From Basidiobolus meristosporus CBS 931.73 (Eukaryota > Fungi > Basidiobolomycota): DNA of 40,649 nt. Shown here piece after piece: positions 1-12,189 of this stretch (position 1 is the first letter of the stretch; each line of letters begins with the position of its first letter). The stretch lies in assembly GCA_002104905.1 (NCBI GenBank), contig MCFE01000740.1, positions 1-40,649 of the forward strand, in the 5' to 3' direction. The notes beneath the pieces were generated by a model. It was not told the origin of the DNA. It worked only from the letters and a program-made list of their open reading frames with translations, and made no database searches. Both the position numbers and the translations under genes were made by a program.

Positions 1-302
1 ACGCCAAGAAGATGGCCACCTTCTTCTTCTCCACCGCATCCCAACACGGTGGCCAAGAGACCACAGCCTTGACCTCCCTCACCACCCTTGCCCACCATGG
101 GATCATCTACGTGCCATTGGGCTTCACCTCACCACACCTGAGTGACAACAGCGAGGTGATTGGTGGAAGTGCTTATGGTGCCGGGACCATTGCCAATGGA
201 GATGGCTCCAGAATGCCCTCAGCCAAGGAATTGGAGGTAGCTGTTCACCAAGGAGAATACTTCACCAGTATTGTCGCTCAGTATGTTCGTGGTAGAGAAT
301 AA
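1..302 (+). CDS. wrbA: WrbA/Pst2/Ycp4-family flavodoxin-like NAD(P)H:quinone oxidoreductase, 3' part only (start lies upstream of the window)
   Basis: Translation FFFSTASQHGGQETT...HHGIIYVPLG...GGSAYGAGTIANGDGSRMPSAKELEVAVHQG matches the WrbA C-terminal half (STxxQHGGQETT, GGSPYGAG, DGSRxPS motifs). The frame is open to the window edge (..AKKM), so Met12 is internal. The exact fungal orthologue name is uncertain. Confidence 0.93.
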   Translation, partial: AKKMATFFFSTASQHGGQETTALTSLTTLAHHGIIYVPLGFTSPHLSDNSEVIGGSAYGAGTIANGDGSRMPSAKELEVAVHQGEYFTSIVAQYVRGRE

Positions 303-380
303 GCAACTATTCATGTTACTCCATCTTGTAATTTAAATGCACTGTGTGACTTTGAGCTCTTGATAATACTTTCTCCATGC

Positions 381-386
381 AATAAA
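381..386 (+). promoter_or_regulatory. Candidate polyadenylation signal of the WrbA-like gene
   Basis: AATAAA about 80 nt after the stop codon in an AT-rich 3' flank; motif evidence only. Confidence 0.35.
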
Positions 387-1262
387 TATACTGGTCTTAG
401 GTTCCATTTTTTCGAGTTTTCTCCTTTTACGGTCCGCGTGCTGCCCTTATTTAGTATTGATTCCGATTTCTCCTCCGTTTGTGGTTTTTAGTAAATCCGT
501 GGGAAGTCTGATGGCTTGTTTGAATCTTTAAGGTGCTGTCCAACGCACCCCAAATTTTTTATTTCGCCTCTCACAACACATCCTATTGAACTTTATGAAG
601 CTAGCCTAGCCCCGCGATGCCCCTTTCTGCCTTTACGAATTAGTCCCAAGTTTCGAAGGCATTTGTCACACATCATTTGATGCAATAAGCTGGTGAGACT
701 GTGACTCACAGCATAAGCACTTATTTCTTTTTTGTACGCATTTATTGGTACTTGGAAAATCTCGGCCTTTTTAACCATGGTTCTGCATGACAATTTAGAG
801 GCCAATATGCTGTTGCAATTCATTGAGTTAGCATCAAAATTATTCATGCCATGAGTTTCTCAACAAATTACTAGCATATAGAATATTGACGTGAGATTTT
901 GCTTACATTATGGAAATTAGCTATCGCTCATCAAACATTTCGAGCTCACCCATCTCATCCAAATGCCCCTAAATTCTACCCATTGCATCTTGAAGACCTC
1001 ATCACATATGCTCGCCATTAGTTTTACTGTGCGAGTACTTAATTTTAGTTACATCAGTTAATTGCTGTATAGCTGCACATTCCTGCAGTAATGGCAAACC
1101 ACATCCAGGTCCCTGTTGTGCATTTTGCATACTCATCCAAGTAGTGACCTTAGCATAGCCAACAAGGTTACATAGTCCAGTATTTAGTCAGAATATACTT
1201 GGACTAAGCTTACCTATATGTTGACTACTTATAACTTGGTATCTCTTAAAAGGCCTCAATAT

Positions 1263-1611
1263 TGTTGTAAGAGTCTTGGAGATATTGGAAGTGATTGGGA
1301 GGACAAGTAGATTATGTGGTTTTCACTTAATGATTTAATGAATGTAAAAGTAGTATTTATACTTTTACATGGTCTTGGCATTACAAACATGTAAAATAGG
1401 TTGAGAAAGGTCCCAAGAGCATGTGTGCAAAGTTTGGAGCTGTTTGGACAACTTATCAAATTTTCATGTTCTGGGTACCTGGTATTCTGGTGAAATTATT
1501 CCAAGTAGATCCCAACAAGGAATTTGGTCAGTATTCTCTAGGATTTGAAGGTAGCAATCTAAGTGACTAAGTTAGGTGCATATTTAGGTGGAATTACAAA
1601 TTTTTACAACA
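1263..1611 (-). repeat. 3' LTR of copia A
   Basis: TGTTGTAA...TTACAACA termini; direct repeat of 5378-5726 (~33 differences in 349 bp by eye). Confidence 0.93.
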
Positions 1612-1623
1612 CTCCCACTCAGC
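1612..1623 (-). other. Polypurine tract of copia A
   Basis: Minus strand GCTGAGTGGGAG abuts the 3' LTR; same motif at 12179-12189 in element B. Confidence 0.75.
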
Positions 1624-4600
1624 TAAATGCTCATACTGACTAGTCGTAATTTTGACTCAAGATATTCAAACTTGTCTCTAGCTAATGGTTTGGTAATTAT
1701 GTTTGCAAACATTTCACATGTAGGACAGTAACCTAAGCTAACTAAGTTATTCTCTATAGCTTCATGTATGAAATGATGTCTAATATCTATGTGCTTGGTT
1801 CTAGCATGAAAAGTTGGATTTCTACCTAATTGTATACATCCTTGATTATCTTGAAATAAGTGATAGGCGTTTTTGACATAGGCCTAAATCTGTAAAAAGC
1901 TTTCTTGATTACATTGCTTCTTTTGTAGCTTCACAGGCTGCCATTTACTCTGCCTCTGTGGTAGAAAGTGCTACAGTTGGTTGCTTTCTTGAATTCCATG
2001 AAATTGCTCCTTTGCAATAAAGAAAGGTGTATCCTGTGGTGGATCTTCTGTCTTCTAAGTTTTGTCCCCAATCAGCATCAGAGTATCCCATAAGATCCTG
2101 TTCTGAATCCTTATAGGTGTATCTTAAGCAGATATCAGCAGTTCCTTTTAGGTATCTAAAAATCTGCTTAACTGCTGCAATATGATCAGATCCATAGTCC
2201 TGAATATATTGGCTGACAACTCCCACTGAATATGAGATATCTGAACATGTTCCAAGCATGCTATACATCAGAATGCCAACCATAGACTGATAAGGAAAGT
2301 CCGGGCTTTCAGATGGCACCAAGCTCTCTTGATTTGGTTGAGTTTTGACCAAGTTAAGGTTTGTTTCCATAGGGGTAGCTGCCAGTTTACAGTCTTCCAT
2401 TTGGTACTTCTTTAGTATATCTTGAATATACTTGAACTGGCTTAGGGTAATAGTCTGGGTACTTCTGTCTATGGAGAACCTGATCCCTAAGTAGTAACTG
2501 AGTTCTCCTAGATCGGACATCTTGAACTCCTTTGATAGGCTGGATTTAGTCTCTTCTAATGCTTCTAGGTTATTGGCAGCTATAATAAGATCATCCACAT
2601 GTACAGCTAATAGAACTGGATTGGCTCTATCTAGCTTATAGTATATACTATAGTCAGCATTACTCCTTTTGAAACTCAAAGATTCCAAATAAGAATCTAT
2701 CTTGCAATTCCAGGCTCTTGGTGATTGTTTGAGACCGTATAGAGCTTATTTAAGCTTGCAGACCAAATGGGGGTCATCTTGGTCAGCAAACCCATCAAGT
2801 TGGTCCATATGCACATTCTCATCAAGTTCTCCATTCAAAAATGCAGCTTTTACATCCATTTGATGAATGAAAAACTTATATTTGGCTGCAATAGTCAATA
2901 CTAATCTGATGGAATGAAACTTGACTACTGGTGCAAAGGTCTCAGTGTAGTTAAGTCCTTTTGTTTGAGTGCATCATTTGGCCACAAGTCTTGCTTTGTA
3001 TCTTTCAATTGCACCATGAGCCTTGTATTTTGTCTCAAAGACCCATCTGCATCCAATTGATTTTTGGTTAATTGGTAATTTGACTAAGTCCCAAGTTTGA
3101 TTTTCCATCAGGGCCTGATATTCCTCAGTCATTACAGATTGCCAAAACCTTGTCTGAGGGCTATTTAGGGCCTCTTTTACAGTCTGGGGTTCATCAATAA
3201 GGACTGAATAGGCATAGGCTAAGTTTGTACCCTCATTGATATAGTAGTTTGTGCTATTTCTTGTCCAATTGAATCTCCAGGCATTTGAACTGGAATGATC
3301 ACTTCTGGGATATTCCTGGGCACTGATTCTGGCTGAACAATGGTTGTGGAGTCCTCTGGAGTGAAAAATTTTTCATTGTTTTGCTCTGATTCAATCCTGA
3401 CAGTTGGTGGATTTGAGATCAGATTTTTGTCATCATCTGATGTCATTTTTGTGAAAATTTTGAATTTTCTTGAAACAACACATCCTTGGACTTGATTAGC
3501 TTCTTTGCTTTGGTATTGTAGAGTCTGTATACTTTAATCTCATTGCAGTAGCCCAATAATTTTTTTTTATTTTACACTTTTTGGCTCAAATCTTGATACA
3601 GCAGTGGCAACTGATTCCACCCAAAAATCATAGGATAATTTTTGATCATGGATCATAGATCTTGCCATATCAATTATTGATCTGTTTGCACGTTCTGCTA
3701 TTCCTTTTTGCTGTGGGGTGTATGGTACAGTAGTCTCTTGGTTTATCTCATGAATTTTGCAGAAGTGGATGAAGAGTTTTGAGGTATATTCTCCACCATT
3801 GTCAGAGCATATTTTCTTGATTTCTTCACCAGTTTCTCTCTCCATCATTGCTTTAAACTCCCTGAACTAAGACAGAGCTTCTTCCTTTCTCTCCATGAAG
3901 TAGACCCATGTGTATCTTGTATAATCATCAATAAAAGTGATTAAATACTTCATCCTGCCTAAGGATAAATTTGCATAGGTCCACACAGATCTGAGTGAAT
4001 TAGATCTAATTTTTTCTTAGTTTTGATTAACCCAGAGCTCTTGAAAGGTTGTCTGGCTTGTTTCCCATATATGCAGGCTTCACAGTGCTCCAAATTAGCT
4101 GGGGGATTAATTTTTACTCCAGAAATTAGCTGATCTTTGATCATTTACACAAATAATCAAAATTGATGTGTCCAAATCTCCTGTGCCAAAGCATTGGTGT
4201 TTCTTCATTTAAGTTACTTATATTGGCTTCCAAATATGATGGAATATAAGTCAACTTGTATAGATTCTGATCTCTGATACCCAAAGCAATATGGGCACCA
4301 TTTTGATCAGTAATCTTGCATCCAGAATTGTCAAAGCTGAAACTGAGTCCTTCTGCAGTGGCCTTGCTTACAGACAATAGGTTCTTGGCTATTTCTTCAA
4401 CTGCATCAAGTGTTCTATTGTTACATATGAAAACCTTCTTAATTGGAATATCTTGATATTGGGTAAAACATTCTTTTGGTGTGTAAAGTGTTGAGATGCT
4501 CCAGAGTCAATATACCACATCTGAAAGTCCTTGCTTGTGATCATATTTAGTGCAGATATGAATAGTCTATCTTCAGTTGTTGCAGCAGTTCCATATTCTG

Positions 4601-5346
4601 GCTTCTTTTGCTGATTATCTTTCTTTTTGAGACACTGGTCTGATGTGCTTCCTTCCTTTTGCAGTAATTACAAAACAGGTTGCTGTTGCCTTTGTAGGGT
4701 TTTGGGTACCTCCTTTGTTGGCTATCATTACTAATTAAAGCATTTTCTTCTTCCTTCTTATTGGCACTTGATTTTCTTAATTCTTCATCCAGGAGCCTTC
4801 CATATACGTAATTTAAGGTCAAATCTTCAATTCTGGACTCTAGGGCTGATACAAGGCCCTGAAACCTGTCTGTCAGGCTATTCAAGATTGGAACCATCAC
4901 ATCCTCATCATTGCTTGGTACACCCACAGATTCCATTTCATGTATGTGCAGGGTAATTCTGTTAATTAGATTTTTCATTTCTTTTCCTGGCAGCATCTTT
5001 GTAGTAAAAAACTTTTGTCTCAGATACATTTTCTTAGCAGCTGAACATGACTGGCAGGTGTCTTCTAATGCCTTCCAGGCAGCCTTTGCCATTTTTGCTC
5101 TTGAGCATTGAATTAGCAATTTGTCCTTAACATTAAGGCAAATGCAGTTAAAGGCACTTTGCTCTTTCTTCTAGTACTTTAAGGCTTCCTCTCCCACATT
5201 TTTAGGAGGGCATTCTTCTTCCATGACAATATCCCAAAGGCCTCTTTCTTGTAGCAGCATCTTCATCTTCACCTTCCACACTCGGTAGTTAGATCCATCC
5301 AACTTTTAGCAGAGGGAAAAATTCCAGTAATAGCAGTAGTAGACAT
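1623..5346 (-). pseudogene. copia A gag-pol pseudogene
   Basis: ATG at 5346 (MSTTAITGIFP), stop at 1623-1625. Fragments in ORFs 4547-5119, 4141-4377, 3959-4144, 3567-3848 and 1945-2688. Stops, frameshifts and two deletions relative to B (near 4400 and near 3597). Confidence 0.92.
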
Positions 5347-5364
5347 TGCAGAGAGTGCCAGCCT

Positions 5365-5377
5365 GGGGCTCATAACC
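5365..5377 (-). other. Primer binding site of copia A (half-tRNAiMet type)
   Basis: Minus strand GGTTATGAGCCCC directly follows the 5' LTR; complementary to the tRNAiMet anticodon arm GGGCUCAUAACC. Confidence 0.88.
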
Positions 5378-5726
5378 TATTGTAAGAGTCTTGGAGATAT
5401 TGGAAGTGATTGGGAGGACAAGTAGATTATGTGGTTTTCACTTAATGATTTATTGAATGTAAAAGTAGTATTTATACTTTTACCTGGTCTTGGCATAGCA
5501 AACATGCAGAGTAGGTTAAGGAAGGTCCCAAGAGCATGTGTGCAAAGTTTGGGGCTGTTTGGACAATTTTGAGAATCTTGATGTTCTGGGTACCTGGTAT
5601 TTTGGTGAAAGTATTCTAAGTAAATCCAGACAAGGAATTTGGTCAGTATTCTCTAGGATATGAAGGTAATGATCTAAGTGACTAAGTTAGGTGTATACTT
5701 AGGTGGAAATACAAGCTTTTACAACA
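5378..5726 (-). repeat. 5' LTR of copia A
   Basis: Repeat of 1263-1611, adjacent to the PBS; PBS-side terminus reads ACAATA instead of ACAACA. Confidence 0.93.
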
Positions 5727-6373
5727 GATATTGGGTAAGAAGTTCTTTTTGGTGTGTAAAGTGTTGAGATGCTTCAGAGTCAATATGCCACATCTGAGAA
5801 ACCTTGTTTGTGGTCATATTTAGTGCTGATATGAATAGTCTATCTTCAGTTGTAGCAGCATTTCCATATCCAGGCTTCTTTTGCTGATTATCTTTCTTTT
5901 TGAGACACTGGTCTGATGTGTGTCCTTTCCTTTTTCAGTAGTTGCAAAACAGGTTGCTGTTGCCTTTGTAAGGTCTTAGGTACCTCTTTTGTTGGTTATC
6001 ATTGCCTATTAAAGCATTCCCTTCTTCCTTCTTATTGGTGCTTGATTTTCTTAATTCATTTTCTATGAGCCTTCCATATACATAATTTTAGGTCAAATCT
6101 TCAGTTCTGGACTCTAGGGCAGATACAAGGCCCTGAAACCTGTCTGTCAGGCTATTCAGGATGGTAACTATCACATCCTCATCAGTAGTTGGTATGCCCA
6201 CATATTCCATTTATTAACCAGCAGGGTTATTCTGTTAATTAAATTTTTCATTTCTTCTCCTGGCAGTATCCTTGTAGTAAAGAGTTTTTGTCTCAGATAC
6301 ATTTTCTTAGCAGCTGAACATGATTGGCAGGTGTCTTCTAATGCCTTCCAGACATTCTTTACCATTTTTGCTC
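5727..6373 (-). pseudogene. Third copy of family A/B: gag-to-protease fragment
   Basis: Colinear with B 8480-9130 (VWKALEDTCQSCSAAKKMYLRQKLF, CNY knuckle, WHIDSEASQH). Truncated on both sides. Confidence 0.88.
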
Positions 6374-7857
6374 ATTAGCTTCCAAATTTTGCCATCATAC
6401 ACTCTATACCCTTTAGTATCATCACAACACACAAGAAAGATTACTATTCTACTCTTTGGTTGCAGCTTTGAGCATTTTTTGTCAGGAATGTGATAAAAGA
6501 CACCACTGCTAAAGATCATGAGGTGCTGGAGGTCTAGTTTTTTGGCCTGTAGATGCCTTAAAGGGTGGAGAATCACATAGTGGTGCTGTTAGGTATCTCT
6601 TCTTGGTGTATACTATGCTAGCAACAGATTCTGCTCAGAACATGTAGTCCTTTCTCTTATCATGTAGCATAGATCTTCCCAGCTCTACTATTATTCTATT
6701 TGCACATTCTGCTAATCCATTTTGCTGTGGGGTATGTGAAACAATGGTCTGTTGAAGTATACTGGTGGATGAGCAGTATTTTGCCAACTTCTTTGAGCAG
6801 TATTCCCCTCCATTGTCACTTTGAAGTACCTTCAGTTTACACCCAGTTTGTGTTTCTGCCATATTAGTGAAGTGTTTGAACATCTTTAAAGCCTCATTCT
6901 TTGTTTTCAGCAAGTACATTCATGTATATCTTGTCTAGTCATCAATAAACACCATAAAGTATATCTTGGCTCCAAAAGGCAGTGTTCTCAAGGGCTCACA
7001 TATGTCTGAGTGTACAATGGCCAATACTTTGGTAGTGTTGATGCCTTCTGAGCTCCTGAAATGCAGCCTAGCTTGCTCACCATATGAACATCCCTTACAG
7101 ACACTCAATTTGATTGTATTGAGTAATTAAGGCCTAAAACAAGCTGATTTTTCACCAATTAGAACATTTTCTGTTTCATCAGTCTCAGCAATGTTTACAT
7201 ACTCAGGTACAATGATCATGCATTGTAACTTGTATATATTGTGGTCTCCAATTCCCAAAGCTAGTTTTTGTCCATTTCACTCAATATTGAGCAGCTCAGT
7301 TTAGTAAAAGCAAATTTCAATCCCTGAGCAGTTGCTTTAGTGACTGAGAGTAGATTATTAGCTATTCCAGGTACATAGAGTATGTCAGTCAGTTTTGCTG
7401 TTGTAGCCCCTGAGATATCAATCATATTTAGTTGAATAGAACCACTGATGGTAGCTTTTAGTGCAGAGTTGTCTCTCAGATAAACCTTGCTTACAGGAAT
7501 AGTCTGTAAGTTAGTGAACCACTCCTTTGTGACATAAATATGCTGTGATGATCCAGAGCCAATATGTCACTCATTTCTTTGATCACTTGCACACTCTTGT
7601 GCAGTTAAAAATAGCAGTTCATCAGTAGTTATGTGGTTTGCCTGCCCCAGTTCCAGTCTTTTGCCTGCTTGTTTCTTCTAGCATTTTCTTGCCCAGTGTC
7701 CTGGCTTCTTACAGTGTTTACAGTAAGCAGGTTTTCTTTAGTTTTGTTGCTTTCCCTTCTTTTCTGTTGCCTTTTTGAGCTGAATAAACCATTGTCTTCA
7801 ATTTTCTCTGCTTGATCAATATATCTAAGTTCTTCATGTGGAAGTCTTCCTTTGATA

Positions 7858-8206
7858 TGTTGTAAAAATTTGCATTTCCACCTAAATATTCACCTAACTG
7901 AGTCACTTAGATCATCACCTTCAAATCCTAGAGAATACTGACCAAATTCCTTGTTGGGATTTACATAGAATATTTTCACCAGAATACCAGGTACCCAGAA
8001 CATCAAAATTCTCAAAGTTGTCCAAACAGCCCCAAACTTTGCACACATGCTCTTGGGACCTTCCTTAACCTATTCTATGTGTTTGTTATGCCAATACCAG
8101 GTAAAAGTATAGATACTACTTTTACATTCAATAAATCATTAAGTGAGAACCACATAATCTACTTGTCCTCCCAATCACTTCCAATATCTCCAAGACTCTT
8201 ACAATA
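7858..8206 (+). repeat. 5' LTR of copia B
   Basis: TGTTGTAA...TTACAATA; ~16 differences from 12190-12538 by eye (~95% identity). Confidence 0.94.
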
Positions 8207-8219
8207 GGTTATGAGCCCC
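8207..8219 (+). other. Primer binding site of copia B (half-tRNAiMet type)
   Basis: GGTTATGAGCCCC immediately after the LTR. Confidence 0.88.
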
Positions 8220-8237
8220 AGGCTGTCACTCTCTGCA

Positions 8238-11200
8238 ATGTCTACTACTGCTATTACTGGAATTTTTCCCTCTGCTGAAAAGTTGGATTGATCTAACTAC
8301 CGAGTATGGAAGGTGAAGATGAAGATGCTGCTACAAGAAAGAGGCCTTTGGGATATTGTCATGGAAGAAGAATGCCCTCCTAAAAATGTGGGAGAGGAAC
8401 CCCAAAGTACCAGAAGAAAGAGCAAAGTGCCTTTAACTGTGTTTGCCTTAATGTCAAGGACAAATTGCTAATTCAATGCTCAAGAGCAAAAACAGCAAAG
8501 AATGCCTGGAAAGCATTAGAAGACACCTACCAGTCATGTTCAGCTGCTAAGAAAATGTATCTGAGACAAGTACTCTTTACTACAAAGATGCTGCCAGGAG
8601 AAGAAATGAAAGATCTAATTAACAGAATTACCCTACTGGTAGATGAGATGGAATCTGTGGGCATACCAACTAATGATGAGGATGTGATAGTAACCATCCT
8701 GAATAGCCTGACAGACAAGTTTCAGGGCCTTGTATCAGCCCCAGATTCCAGAACTGAAGATTTGACCTTAAATTACGTATATGGAAGGCTCCTGGATGAA
8801 GAATTAAGAAAATCAAGCGTCAATAAGAAGGAAGAAGAAAATGCTTTAATAAGCAATGATAGCCAACAAAGGAGGTACCCAAGACCCTACAAAGCCAACA
8901 GCAACCTGTTTTGCAACTACTGCAAAAGGAAAGGACACACATCAGACCAGTGTTTCAAAAAGAGAGATTATCAGCAAAAGAAGCCTGAATATGGAAATGC
9001 TGCAACAACTGAAGATAGACTATTCATATCTGCACTAAATATGTCCACAAACAAGGATTCTCAGATGTGGTATATTGACTCTGGAGCATCTCAACACTTT
9101 ACACACCAAAAAGAACTTTTTACCCAATATCAAGAAATTCCAATTAAGAGGGTTTTCATGGGTGACAATAGAACACTTGATGCAGTGGGACAAGGAACTA
9201 TGCAAGTAAATCTTAGAAGCAGTGAAGGAAGCCATTCACTGACCTTTAAAGAAGTACTCTATGCACCAGAAATAGCCAAGAACCTACTCTCTGTAAGCAA
9301 GGCCATTGCAGAAGGACTCAGTTTCAGTTTTGACAATTCCGGATGCAGGATCACTGATCAAAATGGTGTCCATATTGCTTTAGGCATCAGAGATCAGAGT
9401 CTATACAGGTTAACTTATTTTCCATCATATCTGGAAGCCGGTATAAGTAACTTAAATGAAGAAACACCAATGCTTTGGCACAGGAGATTTGGACACATCA
9501 ATTTTGATAATTGGCGTAAATGATCAAAGATCAGCTAATTTCTGGAGTAAAAAATGATCCCCCAGCTAATTTGGAGCACTGTGAAGCCTGCATATATGGG
9601 AAACAAGCCAGACAACTGTTCAAGAGTTCTGGGTTAATCATAACTAAGAAAAAATTAGATCTAATTCACTCAGATCTGTGTGGACCTATGCAAAATTTAT
9701 CCTTAGGCAGTATGAAGTATTTAATCACTTTTATTGATGATTATACAAGATACACATGGGTCTACTTCATGGAGAGAAAGGAAGAAGCTCTGTCTAAGTT
9801 CAGGGAGTTTAAAGCCATGGTGGAGAGAGAAAGTGGTGAAGAAATCAAGAAAATATGCTCTGACAATGGTGGAGAATATACCTCAAAACTCTTCATCCAC
9901 TTCTGCAAGATTCATGGGATAAACCAAGAGACTACTGTACCATACTTCCCACAGCAAAAAGGAATAGCTGAACATGCTAACAGATCAATAATTGATATGG
10001 CAAGATCTATGATCCATGATCAAAAATTATCCTATGATTTTTGGGTGAAATCAGTTGCCACTGCTGTATACCTTAAAAATAGGAGTTATAATAGAATACT
10101 TCATGATTATACTCCATTTGAAGCATGGTATGGATACAGACCAAGTGCAGAACATCTAAGAATATATGGGTGTACAGCATATGCTAAAATACTGGCCCAA
10201 AATCAGTCAAAATATGAGCCAAAAAATGTAAAGTACATATTTTTGGGCTACTGCAATGAGAGTTAGGCATACAGACTCTACAATACCAAAGCAAAGAAGC
10301 TGATCAAGTCCAGGGATGTGTTGTTTGATGAAAATTTGAAATATTCACAAAAAAAGACATCAGATGGTGACAAAAATTTGATCTCAAGTCCACCAACTGT
10401 CAGGATTGAATCAGAGCAAAACAATGAGAATTTCTGCACTCCAGATGACTCTACAACTGTGGTTCAGCCAGAATTAGTGCCCAGAAATATCATAGAAGTG
10501 ATCATTCCAGCATCAAATGCCGGGAGATCCAATCAGACAAGAAATGGCCCAGGTTACTATTTCAATGAGGGTACAAACTTAGCCTATGCCTATTCAGCCC
10601 ATATTGATGAATCCCAGACTGTAAAAGAGGCCTAAAATAGCCCACAGACAAAGTTTTGGAGGTCTTCAATGACTGAGGAATATCAGGCCCTAATGGAAAA
10701 TCAAATTTGGGACTTAGTCAAATTACCAATCAACCAAAAATCAATTGGATGCAGATGGGTCTTTAAGATAAAATACAAGGCTGATGGTACAATTGAAAGA
10801 TACAAAGCAAGACTTGTAGCCAAAGGATACTCGCAAACAAAAGGACTTGACTATATTGAGACCTTTGCACTGGTAGCCAAGTTTAATTCCATCAGATTAA
10901 TATTAGCTGTTGCAGCCAAATATAATTTTTTTATTCATCAAATGGATGTAAAAACTGCATTTTTGAATGGAGAACTTGATGAGGACATGTATATGGACCA
11001 GCCTGATGGGTTTGTTGACCAAGAAAACCCCCATTTGGTCTGCAAGCTTAAAAAGTCACTATATGGTCTCAAATAATCACCAAGAGCCTGCAATTGCAAG
11101 ATAGATTCTTATTTGGAATATTTGAGTTTCAAAGGAAGTAATGCTGACTATAGTATATACTATAAGCCAGATAGAGTGAATCCAGTTCTATTAGCTATAT

Positions 11201-12178
11201 ATGTGGATGATCTTATTATAGCCACCAATAACCTAGAAACATTTGAAGAAACTAAATCCAGTCTATTTAAGGAGTTCAAGATGTCCAATCTAGGAGAACT
11301 TAGTTACTACTTAGGGATAAGTGCTCCATAGACAGAAGTACCCAGACTATTACCCTAAGCCAATCCAAGTATATTCAAGATATACTAAAGAAGTACCAAA
11401 TAGAAGACTGTAAACTGGCAGCTACCCCAATGGAGACAAATGTTCACTTGGTCAAAACTCAACCAAATTAAGAGAGCTTGGTGCCATCTGAAAGCCCTGA
11501 CTTTCCTCATCAATCAATGGTCGGCAGTCTGATGTATATCATGCTTGGAACACATCCAGATATTGCATATTCAGTGGGAGTTGTCAGCCAATATAATCAG
11601 AACTATGGATCTGATCATATTGCAGCAGTTAAGCAGATTTTTAGATACCTAAAAGGAACTGCTGATATCTACTTAAGATACACTTATAAGGACTCAGAAC
11701 AGGATCTTGTGGGATACTCTGATGCTAAATGGGGACAAAATGTAGAAGACAGAAGATCCATCACAGTATACACCTTTCTCTACTGTACAGCAGCAATTTC
11801 ATGGAATTCAAGAAAGCAACCAACTGTAGCACTATCTACCACAGAGGCAGAGTACATGGCAGCCTGTGAAGCTACAAAAGAAGCAATGTGGTTAAGAAAA
11901 CCTTTTACAGATATATGCCTATGTCAAAAAATGCCTATTACTTTATTTCAAGATAATCAAGGATGTATTCAATTAGGTAGAAATCCAACTTTTCATGCTA
12001 GAACTAAGCACATAGATATTAGACATCATTTCATATGGAAGTTATAGAGAAAAACTTAGTTAGCTTAGTTTACTGTCCTACAGATGAAATGATTGCAGAT
12101 ATATTTACCAAGCCATTAGCTAGAGACAAGTATAAATATCTTAGGTCAAAATTAGGACTAGTCAGTATGAACATTTAG
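8238..12178 (+). pseudogene. copia B gag-pol pseudogene (gag, CCHC knuckle, PR, GAG-pre-IN, IN, RT, RNase H)
   Basis: ORFs 8465-9523 (CNYCKRKGHTSDQC, WYIDSGASQH, LWHRRFGH), 9520-10266 (HSDLCGP, SDNGGEY), 10669-11076 ([20 protein letters not shown]), 11113-11331 (YVDDLII) and 11478-12047 (SWNSRKQ, RTKHIDIRHHF). Several stops and frameshifts. Confidence 0.95.
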
Positions 12179-12189
12179 CTGAGTGGAAG
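12179..12189 (+). other. Polypurine tract of copia B
   Basis: CTGAGTGGAAG directly before the 3' LTR. Confidence 0.7.

Larger units (their letters stand above)
1263..5726 (-). mobile_element. Ty1/copia LTR retrotransposon, element A (family A/B), degenerate with internal deletions
   Basis: 349-bp LTRs at 1263-1611 and 5378-5726, PBS and PPT present, copia domain order gag-PR-IN-RT-RH on the minus strand (CNYCKRK knuckle, WYIDSGASQH, HSDLCGP, YSDADWG, SWNSRKQPTVALSTTEAE). Flanks AATAT/GATAT. Confidence 0.95.

Noticed and set aside
531-560. GGTGCTGTCC.. as a Merlin-type TIR start
   Set aside because: No matching opposite TIR, no TSD and no transposase motifs nearby.
593-847. 84-aa minus-strand ORF as a real gene
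   Set aside because: No recognisable motif, and neighbouring frames are full of stops.
5378-8206. Shared ACAATA end of the A and B 5' LTRs as evidence that A and B are one segmental duplication
   Set aside because: B has its own TSD and different flanks, and the same CA>TA change occurs independently in G and C LTR ends.
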